A stretch of 64,000 bases of DNA, taken from Octopus vulgaris (lineage: Eukaryota). The DNA lies in assembly GCA_951406725.2 (NCBI GenBank), contig OX597822.1, forward strand, positions 82,460,001 through 82,524,000, in the 5' to 3' direction. Of the stretch, positions 39,709 to 52,898 are shown piece by piece. The number at the start of each line of letters is the position of its first letter. Within the stretch, counting starts at the first letter, position 1. The notes under the pieces were generated by a model. It had not been told where the DNA came from, did no database searches, and worked only from the letters and a program-made list of their open reading frames with translations. Both the position numbers and the translations under genes were made by a program.

Positions 39709-42166
39709 TTAATGTCTATTTTCTAAGCTGGCATGGGTTGGACAGTTTAACAGGAGCTGGCAAGCCAGAGAGCTGCACCCGGTTCCATTGTCTGTTCTAA
39801 CATGGTCTCTATGGCTGGATGCCCTTCCTAATGCCAACTGTTTTACAGAGTGTACTTGGGTGCTTTTATTATGTGGCACCAGCCTGCATTTATAAATTGA
39901 CAAAATGGTGAACAAAACCCCGGCAGTCAACTTTGCTTTTCATTCTTTCAGAATCGATAAAATAAGTACCTGATGATAACTGGGATTGATATAATCAAGT
40001 TTTGCTGGCTTTGTACCAAAATTAGAGATCAATATTTAGTCACATTTCTTTATGATCTGAATTCAAATCCTTTCATGATCAGCTTTACCTTTCACCTTTC
40101 TGGGACCAATTTACTAAAGTCGATATAACTGAATGGTTGCTCACCCCAAACAGTGTGGTTTTGTACCAGCAGTAGAAATTGTTATTACTTTGGCTGAAGC
40201 ACAGTCAAATAACTATTTAAAATTGAAGGAAGCTCTGGCTTTTATTAGGAGTTGTCCACAACCATTCATGATGCAGAGACTGGAAGCCTATTTCAGTTCG
40301 GGAGTGACTTATCATCACATGTCCCTTAGTCACAAACACATATCGTATTGCTGCAATAGAATACTGTATCACCAACAATAAAGTGATTTCTCTAAGACAT
40401 CACCCAGTAACCTATCAAGTCCATACCATTTACACATTTCTCAATACATAACTTCTGTTATCACTTCCCTCCTTCATTTTATGCCTCCATCGTAGATGCT
40501 AGTAGATATAATTCGCTTTTAACTTTGGCACTCAAAGAACATAAAGCTATACAAATAGTATGGATTAGAATATTGGGTTCAAAGTCCCTTTGCAAAGAAA
40601 AAGAACCCAGTTTTCTACATGCTACCATTTATAGTTTTATCTATTTGCAGCTGTTCAGTTAAAAATGAATAACTTTACATCTCTTGAAGTTTCTGATTTC
40701 TTATAACCAAAATGGCATTTCGGTATGTTCGTTTATGTAGAAGATCAGACCATGCATATCAAGCCAATAGGAAGAGGTTACTCAACATACTAGAAATAAT
40801 AACTAATATCTCCCTTAAATCACACTGTACAACATTAAATAGGACAAGGTCACTGTACATAATATGGGGATGAAATCAATAAATTCCAAGGAAACGAGTG
40901 AATGTTTTGTGGTAACAGTAACACTTTGTTATGGTGATGGTGCTATGTAAAAAAACTGGTGCTAGTGCCGCATAAAAAGCACCCAGTACATTCTTTAAAA
41001 TGTTTGGTATGAGGAAGGACATCCAGCTGTAGAAACCATACCAAAACAGTGTATGGAATCTGGTGTGGTTCCTGTCAAACCATCCAGCCCATGCCAGCAT
41101 GGAAAATGGACATTAAATGATGATGATGATGAAGCCCCAGGAGACTTCGGTAAATTCCGTTGGTGTGAGGTGGGAAGATTAACACTCAAGTTCTTTATCT
41201 AAGATTGAGAAAGAGAGATAAAGTATTATTTCTCTCTCTCTTTCTCTGACACACATCCACCTTTATATAAATATTTTATTGTTTCCATAAATTCTGTCAC
41301 TGTACAGATTTATTGTCATACCCTCAAATGATTTATTATTCATAGGGATATCGGGTGCATACTGTTGGTGAAAAATATCTCACTAATTATGACGCACCCT
41401 GTAGAGGACATATCTGTCTTGTTACCTAGTACACTTGTGTATATACATACATGTGTGTACATATATTATGTATGTATATAATATGTATTATATATGTGTG
41501 TATGTGTCTGCATATTATTAATGAGAATTATGTATTCGAATCTATATATGTATAAGGTTTCACATTTACAAACATAGTAAGTTATAAAACTTTGATTGAC
41601 TGAAACTTTAGAAGTTGCCATTCAAAAGAATTGAACCTGGAATCCTACGGTTGTGAAGCAAACTTCTAACTACACAGTCATGCTGGGGCCTACAGTATCC
41701 ATCCATCTTCTGCTCCCACTATTCCAAAGAGGTTCATAGAGGTAGAGTCAGGTATCTCCTCTGTAGGGTCGTGTGTGTGTGAAGGCACATGGCTCAGTGG
41801 TTAGAACATCTTGCTCACAATCATGAGGTAGTGGGTTTGATTCCCAGACTGGGCTGTGTGTTGTGTTCTTGAGCAAGACACTTTATTTCATGTTGCTCCA
41901 GTTCACTCAACTGTAGAATTGAGTTGCAACATCACTGGTTCCGAGCTGTGTCGGCCCCCCCTTTGCCTTTCCTTTGGATAATATCGGTGGCATGGAGAGA
42001 GAAGGCTGGTATGCATGGGTGACTGCTGGTCTTCAACAAACAATCAGACTTGTGCTTTGGAGGGGAACTTTCTGGGCACAAATCCGTGGTTATTCATGGC
42101 TGAAGGGGTCTTGACCGCAAAATCCACAAGTTTTTTTTTATTCTCTCTGTTTATTTCCTCGTGTTC

Positions 42167-42202
42167 CTTTCAGATGAAGAGCGTAGGCTCAAAACAAAAA
42201 AG
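42167..42202 (+). ncRNA. Decayed minimal hammerhead ribozyme (third family, copy 2)
   Basis: cttt-CAGATGA-a-gagc-gtag-gctc-AAAAC-aaa-aaag. Stem II is identical to the copy at 5297-5332; the host repeat ends at a (TA)n tract. Confidence 0.55.
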
Positions 42203-44107
42203 TTTTTCTCACCTTCCTGAGCATCAAACTGATACACCTGCTTGTTGTTTATACACCTGTCTTCATCCTTTGTTTTTCTGTAAATTTCAATATATATATA
42301 TATATATATATATAATGGTGGTGGTGTGGTAACAATGATAACAATGATGGTGGTGATGGTGGTGATGAGGAGAAGGTGGAGGGGCCAAGGACATTGATGA
42401 TGAGGATGGTTAGGACCAGGAGGATGTTGATATAATAGAAAAATGGAAAGGTGGGAAAAATAGGCAGTTATAAAATGCCCATACCATGTAACTATGCCAG
42501 AACGCAACAATGAATGGTGGTGGTGGTGGTGGTAGTGGTGGCGGTGGTGGCAGTGGCGATGCTTGGGATGGGGTGGGGTGGGTTGGTTAAGGTCACACAT
42601 ATATCACAGTACAATGTACACACCTGTCTATCAATCTACATTCAGGTTTAATAAACAAATACCTCAAGCATAGTAACAGTCAATACTTGGGAGTTGAGTA
42701 AACTTACACTGCTTGCTCTCTCTCTCTCTCTCTCTCTCTTTCTGGCCCTTCAATTGTGATTTGGATTCTATGGGGGTGATGGTAAGTAAAGACCGGTGGT
42801 AGTGGTGGGGGCTGTGTGAAAATGTACTTCAGAGATGGTAGTAAAGAAACAGAGAGCTTAAAGTTTTAGTAAAATTGGTGACAGTGGAGGTGGTGGTGAT
42901 GTCAGGCCTATCACACACCCCCACCACCACCGCTGCAGCAAGTAACCTAGTTTGAGAAACTGATGACGATGATGGTGGTGGTGGTGGTGGTGATATTGTT
43001 CCATTGTGGTCCTGAGGAAACAGTAATGGTTATTGAGGAAAATCAATGTGTCATAGAAGGCTGTAGTTATGCAGATCAAACATTAAACATGAAAAATAAT
43101 AATAATAATAATAATAATGATAATAATGACAGCGAAATGTTATTTTAAAAAGATTTAATTAAGTCTTGACATTTTGGGTTTTGAAAACCCCTTTATAGTG
43201 ACATTAAAAAAATAATAATACTAAAGATATTGAAATGCTAATTTAGAAAGTTTTATAATTAAGTCTTGATATTTTGGGTTAAAAATCCTTTTATGGAGAC
43301 ATCAAAAGAATAAAGACTTGAGATAAATTCTATGTCCATTAGTTTGGCAAGTTGTAATGGTGGAGGTAGGGTCAAAGACCTCCAAGAGAAATTAGCAAGG
43401 AGGAATGAAAGTGCTTCTGGGCCCTGGGAACTACAGCTGTCTCAAAATTCAAGAGGATATGAAGTGAGATATTAAAGAGAGGTCTTTGTTTGCCTCTCCA
43501 GCCTTGGATTCAGGTATGGCTGAACTCTGCTCTTATGGGCCATGGTGATGGTAGTGGTGTTGTTTAGTTTGAAGTCAGTCCTGAACAAGCAAACCTATGA
43601 TCAAAGGCATTCCAGCCATGACTAACCTGCATTTTCTTCTATACATTACTTAGTGAATCCCTTTTTAAGCTTGAGTAAGATTTGGCTGGTATTTCCTCCA
43701 ACAGGCCATGTGACTGACCACATAGAGGCTCCCTCATGTTTAATAACTAAGTGCAAATCCATAGATGTGAGAGACACTCTAGCTAATGTAGCCTGTATGC
43801 AGTCACTGAAAATGTGAAATAGCAGCCAAATCTCAAACTACATCTTTCAACAATGGGCAATGGGATTTCTTCTATTGGTTTGTTCAGATGGTTAAAAGAG
43901 CTTAACTAACCAATGAGGTACTCACACACCCCTCTCCAAATTCAATAAATTAATACTTCCCCAATATAAGGAATTACCAACACTAAATTAGTAATCACTA
44001 TAGCCCCTCCAAAAGACATTTGACCCCAAGGTAATACATCCCTAACAAATCCAGTTAACACCACCCCTACATTACATGTATAACCGTATTTAAACCATAA
44101 TATAAAC

Positions 44108-44856
44108 CAGTGGTTCCTAACCCCTTTATTTAAATGAGTTTTCCCATGGACCCCCTTTAATATGCTTATCCTTGTGTGTGTCTGTGTGTATCATCATCAT
44201 CGTCGTTTTATGTCCATTTTCCATGCTGGCATGGGTCGGATGGTTTGACTGGGGACTGGCAAGCCAAGAGGCTGCACCAGGCTCCAGTCTGATCTGGCAA
44301 GATTTCTACAGCTGGATGACCTTCCTAATGCCAACCACTCCGAGAGTGTAGTGGGTGCTTTTTACATGTCACGGGCACAGGAGCCAGTCAGGCGTGCCAC
44401 TGGCATCAATCACATTTGGATGGTACTTTTTATGTGCCACCAGCACAGGAGCCGGTCGACTGGCATCGATCAAGTTTGGATGGTGCCTTTTATGTGCCAC
44501 TGGCATGGGGAGCAAGTCTTGCAGCAGCACTGATATCGACCCGCACTTGAATGGGGCTTATTACGTGCCATCAGCATGGGTGCTAGTCAGGTGGCACTGA
44601 CATCGACCCACATTTGAATGGTGCTTATTATGTGCCATCAGCACGGGTGCCAATCAGGTGGTACTGGCATCAGCTACAACAATAATTTCCAATCTGATTT
44701 TGATTTTGATTTTTGATTTTACTTGACTCAATAGGTCTTCTCAAGTGCAGCATATCGCCCGATGATTATATATATATATATATATATATGAAATTTTGAA
44801 TTTAGTTCACAGATCCCCAGTACTACCTTTGCAGGCCACCAGGTTGGGAACCACAA
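44108..44856. mobile_element. hAT (Charlie-like) MITE with a nested SINE
   Basis: TIRs CAGTGGTTCCTAACC and GGTTGGGAACCACAA; exact 8-bp TSD ATATAAAC (44100-44107 and 44857-44864); interrupted by a SINE at 44191-44765. Confidence 0.85.
44191..44765 (-). mobile_element. Retroposon family B ((GAT)n tail, internal tandem subrepeats)
   Basis: On the + strand: (CAT)n-GTCCATTTTCCATGCTGGCATGGG...GGATG.CCTTCCTAATGCCAACCACTCCGAGAGTGTAGTGGGTGC, then ~60 bp subrepeats. Further copies near 3190, 4790, 17555, 19888, 20995, 39577, 40955, 46870, 52075, 53507, 54878, 55840 and 63141. Confidence 0.85.
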
Positions 44857-45438
44857 ATATAAACCATGACCAATGTGTATATGTACCCCCCCCCCAAAAA
44901 AAAAACCCCATTGGCATAAATATACCTGTAATTCACATTTCGTATAATAATAGTATCAAATGGATCTACTAGAGATAGTACCCAACCCTTCCCTTGAACT
45001 TACCCTACAATCTTTATATATATAAAAAAGAATACATCAGCTAAAACAGGTTCTGGTAAAAGTTTTGATTTGTGGAGTGGATCAGTAGAATTGTACTATA
45101 ATGGGACTTGAAGAAAATCTTCAGTTATGTTAGAACATTGCTGTGACAAGTCTTTCCATCTTCAGGTTATTGATGTAAAGCAACATCTCTTAGAGTTGAC
45201 AGTGAGATTCGTAAAAACCTGTTATGCTATCATCTTTTCTTATTGATCAATAAGATCAATATGATCTGATCATATTTTGATTATATTGGTTTCATTAGTG
45301 AGCCATCTCAGTTTTGAATTCAGACAAAATTTGGTTTGCAATCAGGGATTGTGAATAGCAAATATATAAGAACCAGTAGAGTTGCTTTTATTTTGATAGA
45401 AAAAAAAAGAGGTACAAATTCTCAGAAATTCAAGTATA

Positions 45439-45656
45439 TTAACCCTTCCATTACCAACCCAACTCTGGCTCTGAGTACAAATGTCTTGTTTTCAAAAGTT
45501 CTGAATTAAAATCTTCCACCAAACCTTAGTCACAATTTATGTTCCAAACACCAGCTTAATGATAACCAAGTTATTTTACTAAATTCTTTGTTATATTTAA
45601 AGTAATTGAAAGAAACACAGAGCATCTCAACAGAAATACAGTAATGAAAGGGTTAA
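45439..45656 (-). mobile_element. piggyBac-type MITE family 1
   Basis: TTAA|CCCTT ... AAGGG|TTAA; opposite orientation to the copies at 47957, 48198 and 61628. Confidence 0.85.
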
Positions 45657-45671
45657 ACAACTATTTTGGTC

Positions 45672-45895
45672 TTAAGGCTTTAGCATTCATGTTACTCTGT
45701 CAAATGTTCTGCTTATTTATTCATGTTGTTTTAAATTAATCATGCATTATCTTGTAACTTCAAGATTTTGACAATATGATTATATTTAGAATAACATTGC
45801 AGGGTAGGTGTGAGAGGTTGGGTCTGGTCATTTTGAATATAGAACAGGTAGAATATTTGGGCTAGATATGGCTGGTTTAAATCTTAATGGATTAA
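45672..45895 (+). mobile_element. piggyBac-type MITE family 2
   Basis: TTAA-GGCTTTAGCATT ... ATGGA-TTAA; homologous to 24591-24807. Confidence 0.65.
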
Positions 45896-47956
45896 GCTGT
45901 TTTGATTATATAGTTTTCATTAGGGGCCAGTTTCAAATTTGAACGAAGGCAAAGTTTTGTCTCCAAGCACAGCTTCCTTATTCTTGACAAATATTCCTGT
46001 CAGTGGCAGGATTTTTCCCCTGTTGTCTACATCACTTACTTTCTGGTCTGTATTTAACCTTAAATGGAGCGAGTCCATTGCGTACTGTTGAGCATCAAAA
46101 CTATCCTTTGGTGGTAGAGTCATCTCTATGATTTATTCATTAAACCTGATTGCATATTAATTGATTCCACTCATATATGATATACATAAACTGTTTCTCA
46201 ATTACATGAAACACTTAAATACATTACACACATAGACACACGCACACACAAAATGTGTATCACATTGTCCCATGAAAATCTATAAAGCATTTATGCAATT
46301 GTACTACTTTACTATTATTTATGGTCTAAATCTAGAGACCAAGTACTTTTCAGTCCTCAACAGCTGTTAATATGTCTGGATAGCCTCCCTCTGGACTACT
46401 GCTCTCATATATTGAGAACAGCAGAGTAGACTTTCGATTCCAACTTATTTTATTGACTCACAGAAATAGGTCAAAACAAACAGTTGATAATAATAGCTGT
46501 CTGTCTGGTGTAATGTCAAATGTTCTTAGATCCCATCCTGATAGAAGAGTTATTGTTGTCTAGTCCCAGACCAGACCAATGATAAAAAAACTCTGCAACA
46601 GTGACTTGTCCTATCTTAATATGTAATATCCAATGGAGGCTTCCTTTTTTCTTTTAAGACAATGGAGTGTAATTTCAGGGATATTTGACTCTATTGTAGT
46701 AGGATAAGAGATGATGTGGAAACTACCTCATTGCCAGAAGGATTTGATCAGGTTTTATGGTGAAAAGTGGGTTAGTTCCAACTTCCTCACTATCGGAATG
46801 TATGTAGTCTTTTACAAGAGAAATAGCAGAAACTAAGACAAGTGCTGTTCTATGCCAACAAATAAGAAAAAGCACTGGTACTGGTGCCATATAAAAAACA
46901 TCCAGTACACTCTGTAGAGTGGTTGGCATTAGGAAGGGCATCCAGCCATAAAACCCAAGTCAAAACACATGACTGGAACCTAGTGCAGTTCTCCAGCTTG
47001 CCACCTCTAGCCAAACCATCCAACCCATGCTAGCATGGAAAACAGATGTTAAATAATGCTGGTGATGATGATGAATAAATGTTTTGTTGTGAGAATTCCA
47101 AATGATCTTGTACCTATTATTTGCAGTTATATGAAATGAGACAAGGGTCTCAAATTTTGGCAACAGCTTTAGGGAATGGGTAAGTCAATTACTTCAACCC
47201 TAAAAGCTCAACTGGTATTTATTTAATGACCACCAAAAGGGTGAAAGCCAAAGTCAACCTTGACGGAATTTGAACTCAGAACATAAAGAACCAGAAGAAA
47301 TGGTAATGGTTCTGCAAATGTGCTGCCTTTAGGTTGAACTGAGATAAGGAAGAAGGAAGCGTTCTGGGCAGAAACGCCTGCAGCTGATTTGAATTCACAA
47401 ACTATAAACTGGCAGACCAATACTTTCTTTGGTGTACGTACATACATACAGGCAGACACACACTCATGCATACGTGATGGGCGTCTTTCAGTTTCCATCT
47501 ATCAAATACACTCTAGAGGAATTGGTTGGCCGAGGGCTACAGTAGAAAACACTTGTTCGTGGTGTCACACAGTGGGACAATACCCAAGCCGACATGGGTT
47601 GGGAAGCAAGTTTGACAGGTAAATTTAAATCCATGCTGAAGTACAGCACCCACCACAGAACTATGCAACCAAACTATGTTTACACCCTCTGCAACCACCA
47701 CCACCACTACTACGACTACTGTGATAGGCTTCTCTCTTCAATGAGAGTCTGAATAGCCCAGGAATTTAAATTAGAACAGAAAATAGAAAAACTTTAAAGC
47801 CTTGAGTTATTTGATTTGGGTCAGCTAGAATACACAAAGTATATTCTCTAGACACCGATTCCAGTCCAGTTGTTCTTTGCAAGCAATTATGGCTGTAGTC
47901 TTTCTCTTTATACATCAATGCCACCCCAATCTTTCACTGTTGATACCATGTACATT

Positions 47957-48425
47957 TTAACCCTTTCGCTACTGTATTTATTTTGAGATGCTCTGTGTTT
48001 CTTTCAATTACTTGAAATATAACAAAGAGTTTAGTAAAATAACTTAGTTAGCATTCAGCTGGTGTTAGGAACATAAATTGTGACTAAGGTTTGGTGGAAG
48101 ATTTTGATTCAGAACTTATGAAAACAAGACAGAGCCAGAGGTGGTTTCAGCCAGGTTGGTATCAAAAGGGTTAAGAATTGTTTCTCTATTATATATTTTA
48201 ACCTTTTCATTACCATATTCCTGTTGAAATGCTCTGTGTTTCTTTCAATTAATTTTAAATATAACAAAGAATTTAGTAAAATAACTAATTATCATTAAGC
48301 TAGTGTTAGGAACATAAATTGTAACTAAGGTTTGGTGGAAGATTTTAATTCAAAATTTATGAAAACAAGACATTTGTACTCAGAGCCAGAGGTGGTTTCA
48401 GCCAGGCTGGTAATGAAAGGGTTAA
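47957..48425 (+). mobile_element. Two tandem piggyBac-type MITEs (family 1)
   Basis: Units at 47957-48174 and 48198-48425, each bounded by TTAA-CC...GGG-TTAA. Confidence 0.85.
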
Positions 48426-48427
48426 TG

Positions 48428-48682
48428 CAGAGCTTCTCAACCCTTTTTTTTACCTATACGCCCCTTTGATCCCTATTTGTCTCTATTGGACACTTATAGC
48501 CAATTGATGTTTAAAAAAATCCCATCCTATTTTTAAAATTAAGTATTATTAGGAATTGTATAAAAAAAAAAAGATATTTTTGTTATTGCAGAAGCATAAC
48601 CAATTTATTGCAGATAAATTTTAACGATGGAATCTTATGTGGACTCCACAAAGGTCATGTGAACCTCGATTGAGAATCAGGG
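48428..48682. mobile_element. Degenerate hAT (Charlie-like) MITE
   Basis: Ends CAGAGCTTCTCAACC and GATTGAGAATCAGGG; subterminal sequence resembles the element at 44108. Confidence 0.55.
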
Positions 48683-49650
48683 CTTTAATATTTTGCTTCA
48701 AAAGGCAGGGAGCTGATAGAAACATTAGCATGCCGGGCAAAATGCTTAGTGGTATTTCGTCTGTCTTTACATTCTGAGTGCAAATTCCACTGAGGTTGAC
48801 TTTGTCTTTTGTCCTTTGGGGGTCAATAAATTAAGTACCAGTTGTGTACTGGGGTCGGTCAATCCAACTGGCCGCCTCCCCCAAAATTTCGGGCCTTGTG
48901 CCTGGAGTAGAAAAGTATATTTTGCTTCAAGCAATAACTACATCCTCCCACACATGAGCTGAATGAACGAGGGAATGAATGACAATGTGTTGTTACAAAG
49001 ATCCAATGCAAGGAGATTTGATGGATGAATGACGGCAGAATGAATGAAATGAATGAATATGTTTGCATGAATGAGAACCGAAATGATTGGGTAAAGACGG
49101 TATGTGTGTGTGTGTGGTGGGGAGTGATCTAAATAATGATTTAATGAAAAGCAATCAAACAAATGAATGGATGTTATAACTCCTCATTGCTAGTTGCAAG
49201 TTCACATTGCTGAGTAAAACAACAATAAAATGACTACTCAGTCCTCCCCCTCCTCTTCCACCTGTTGCTCCCCTCCCTCACTGCCTTATAAAGCATTCTT
49301 CCCCACTTTTTCTTCCCCACCCTCAACCACCACCACCACCTTTTCTACAAAGACTTGTAGTCGCACTGACTTGCTTTGACTTGATTTTTTTCTTTTATCT
49401 CAGACAGCTTAAACAAAAGCAGAAAAATATTTAAGTGGAAGCATTCAAAAGAAGGGGAAACAGACAAAAGGAACTCACTTATTTATATATTTATTTATTT
49501 CAAAATTTATGGAATTTTTATGCAGTGTTATCAGCATTGCATGCATCACCATAATGCATGCACTCTGCACATTTTCAGTCGAACACATACACTTGCAGGT
49601 ACAGTGACACACATTTCAGGATGTATAGATTTCACTCTACAATCTGGTTT

Positions 49651-49923
49651 CAGTAACTGTGGAGTCAGAGTCAGAAACTATTAAGGGTTACTGGAGTCAG
49701 TAAAACTATACCAACTCTGAGTCCGACTCACAATATCTCTATTCTTTAATATAAACCAGTTATAACCTATAGGCCTACTCAAAGTACAAACATATGCATA
49801 TGCTTTATGAGATATGTAGACCACAATCACTTAATTACATAAAAAGGAGTCAGAGTCGGAAGTGCCAATAGTAGAGGAGTCAGAGTCAAAGTTAAAGTCT
49901 TTTGTTTCGACTCCACGGCCCTG
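49651..49923. mobile_element. GAGTCG-repeat MITE, copy 2
   Basis: CAGTAACTGTGGAGTCAGAGTC ... CGACTCCACGGCCCTG, clearly homologous to 38111-38360. Confidence 0.75.
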
Positions 49924-50959
49924 CTTATAATATTGACAATAAGCCTTGCTTTGAAGAATCTCTCTCTCTCTCAAACACTTCCTCCCAGACACATCCTAAG
50001 ATTTAGACTGAAAAATCTCTTAGGGCTTAAGGAAAACATCACATAAACAAAAATAACATACACACAATACAAAAAATACATCAACCCAAACAGATGACTG
50101 ATACTTTATTTTATTGACCCCAAAAGAATAAAAGGCAAAGGAGACCTAGGTGGAATTTGAACTCAGATCATAAAAATTGATGAAATACTACTTAACATAT
50201 CCTCCAGTGTGCTAACACGTCTGCTAGCTTGCCATAGGGTCGAATTATTAGACTAAAACCCCTTCAATGCGGTGCTCCAGCATGGCCACAGTCAAATGAC
50301 TGACACAAGTAAAAGAGAATGCGTGTGTGTGTTTGTGAAAATAGATGTGTGTTTGATCTTTTTATATGTGTGTGTGTGTGTGTGCATGCACATTTTATAG
50401 ATTTTTAATGGAATGTGAAGAAACTCATAAAACACATTCAGGTATCCTAATGTACTGAGGTGTGTTTTAGAAATGCTAAATTAAGCTGACACATATGCAA
50501 GCACAGAACAAAGAGATTCTACGCAGCATTCATAGGAGCTGACAAAATACATGTACACTCCCTTTTTTCTCTCCAACATACACACAAATACATCTATACG
50601 CAGATATGCAACAGATTTGTTAAGAACACTGCATTACCACACCTTCCCACAAACTTGTGTATTCATAGTCACATGTGCAATTAAATGTGCAGGTGTAACA
50701 GGTTTGTAAGTGACTGTTAAGAAAAATGCACTTCACCCTTCACATATACACATGTATTCATACACACACTCATGTATATACAGTTGCACATGCATTTGGA
50801 TGTTTCAGCAACATTAATCTATGCATAAATACGAAATTCCTCTTGGAGGCCCTGAAAAGGATCATGTGCACTGCCTTCCCTACTCAATAAAAGATTTTAA
50901 GAAATGACATATGTACACATACATAAATGCATACAAACACACACACACACACATACATA

Positions 50960-51302
50960 AAGGGTAAAGACCCCCTTCGGTCATGAATGACCATGGGATT
51001 GCACCTAGAAAGTTACCCTCCTAGACGCAAGTCCGGGCAAGGTTGTTTATGGAAGACCAGCAGTCGCCCATGCATACCAGCCTCCCCTCTCCACGCCACC
51101 AGTGTTATCCAAGAGAAAGACAAAAGTCGATACAGCTTGGCACCAGTGACGTCGCAACTCATTTCTACAGCTGAGTGAACTGGAGCAACGTGAAATAAAG
51201 TGCCTTGCTCAAGAACACAACACGCAGCCTGGTCCGGGATTCGAGCTCACAACCTCACGATCGTAAGCTCGACGCTCTAACCACTGAGCCATGCGCCTTC
51301 AC
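50960..51302 (-). mobile_element. tRNA-derived SINE family C, full-length young copy
   Basis: Minus strand begins GAAGGCGCATGGCTCAGTGGTTAGAGCG...TCGAATCCCGG and ends GGTCTTTACCCTT; flanked by an ACATACATA direct repeat; CpGs intact. Older or related copies at 41780-42113, 14705-14855, 54032-54357, 60525-60838 and 34735-34960. Confidence 0.9.
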
Positions 51303-51502
51303 TACATACATACTCAAATACATACCTACACACATATATGCATACACACATACATATCTCCTTGAATGTGTTTGAGATTGATCTGTGTTTGTGCATGCGT
51401 ACTTGCATGTGTGTGTGTGTGTGCTCTATCACTTTTTTAAAGCTCATACATGCATGCATACACACACGTGTGTGTGTATGTGTGCATACGTTGACTGCTT
51501 TC

Positions 51503-51580
51503 ATTTTCATCATTCACCTTCAGTCGTTTTCATCATTCACCTTCAGTCATTCTCATCATTCACCTTCAGTCATTTTCATC
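51503..51580. repeat. 23-bp tandem repeat, 3.4 units
   Basis: ATTTTCATCATTCACCTTCAGTC units. Confidence 0.9.
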
Positions 51581-52227
51581 CCATCAACGGCAATAACCTT
51601 TACTAATCTAGAACAAAGTAAATACATCTTTTATGGAAGAACTTTTGATTCCATCCATGCCCATCCTGCCTAGTATGTAACTGGCGCTGGTGTTATTGAC
51701 CTCAAAAGGATGAAAGACAAAGTTAAATTCAGTGTGACTGCCAATTCCACTAATTGAGCAAATGCCTTTAGAAGTCTTTTAGAAATTCTAATAATGGTTC
51801 CTTGCATTAGTTCATGAACATAGATTTAGTGTGGAAGTTGAGAACATTGACCAAGTGTCTTTACACGGTTGCTTCATCTGCTAGAAATAGTAACCACATC
51901 TTCCTCAAACTGAACTCTGCAGTTTTAGAAAAGGATGTGTTGGATGTGTCATGGGTATCGTATATATAGGAAATAGATGGAATTGGCATGGCTGGGATAG
52001 CTTTTATAAGTTTCCTCATTTAGAGTTCACCATTTACCTGAAGATAAATAATATATATATATATATATCTTATACTCTTGGAGTGGTTGACATTAGGAAG
52101 GGCATCCAGCCATAGAAAACCATGCCAAATCAGACTGGAGTCTGGTGCAGCCTTCCAGCTTACCAATCCTAGTCAAATCGCCCAACCCATGCCAACATGG
52201 ACATTGGATGTTAAAAGATAATGATAA

Positions 52228-52273
<46 letters not shown>

Positions 52274-52510
52274 TATGTGTATATATATGTATGTATATAT
52301 CTATATATCTATTTATATACATATGTATATGTATGTATATATGACAAGCTTCTTTCAGTTTCTGCCTACCAAATTTTCTCCCAAGGCTTTGGTTCACCCG
52401 AGGCTATAGTAGAAGACATGTGCCCAAGATGTCATGTGTGGGACTGAACCTGGAACCATGTGGTTGGGAAGCAAGCTTCTTACCACACAGCCACTCCAAT
52501 ATATATCCAC

Positions 52511-52617
<107 letters not shown>

Positions 52618-52864
52618 ATGGAGCATTTAATCTCATCTATGTGTTGGGGAGTTACCTGATGTTACAGATTGAGGGAGCTGACAAAACAAAAAATTTTATG
52701 ATATTTAAGCTGTTTTAGGAGGACATAAGGAACACAAACAAAAGTGGAATGAAATGGCTTCATTTGGAGATTGAAAGACAATTCACAAGGATTTACCTTC
52801 TTGCTTTGTATGACTCACCATTTCAAAGATACAGCAAACACCACATTCGTGCTCTTTCACACAA

Positions 52865-52898
<34 letters not shown>

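Noticed and set aside
39541-39726. Poly-His/Gln ORF resembling a transcription factor tract
   Set aside because: It is the expanded (CAT)n tail of a family B retroposon and continues directly into that element.
51225-51302. tRNA-like sequence with A and B boxes (also other SINE heads)
   Set aside because: It continues into a SINE body and is multi-copy; not a tRNA gene.
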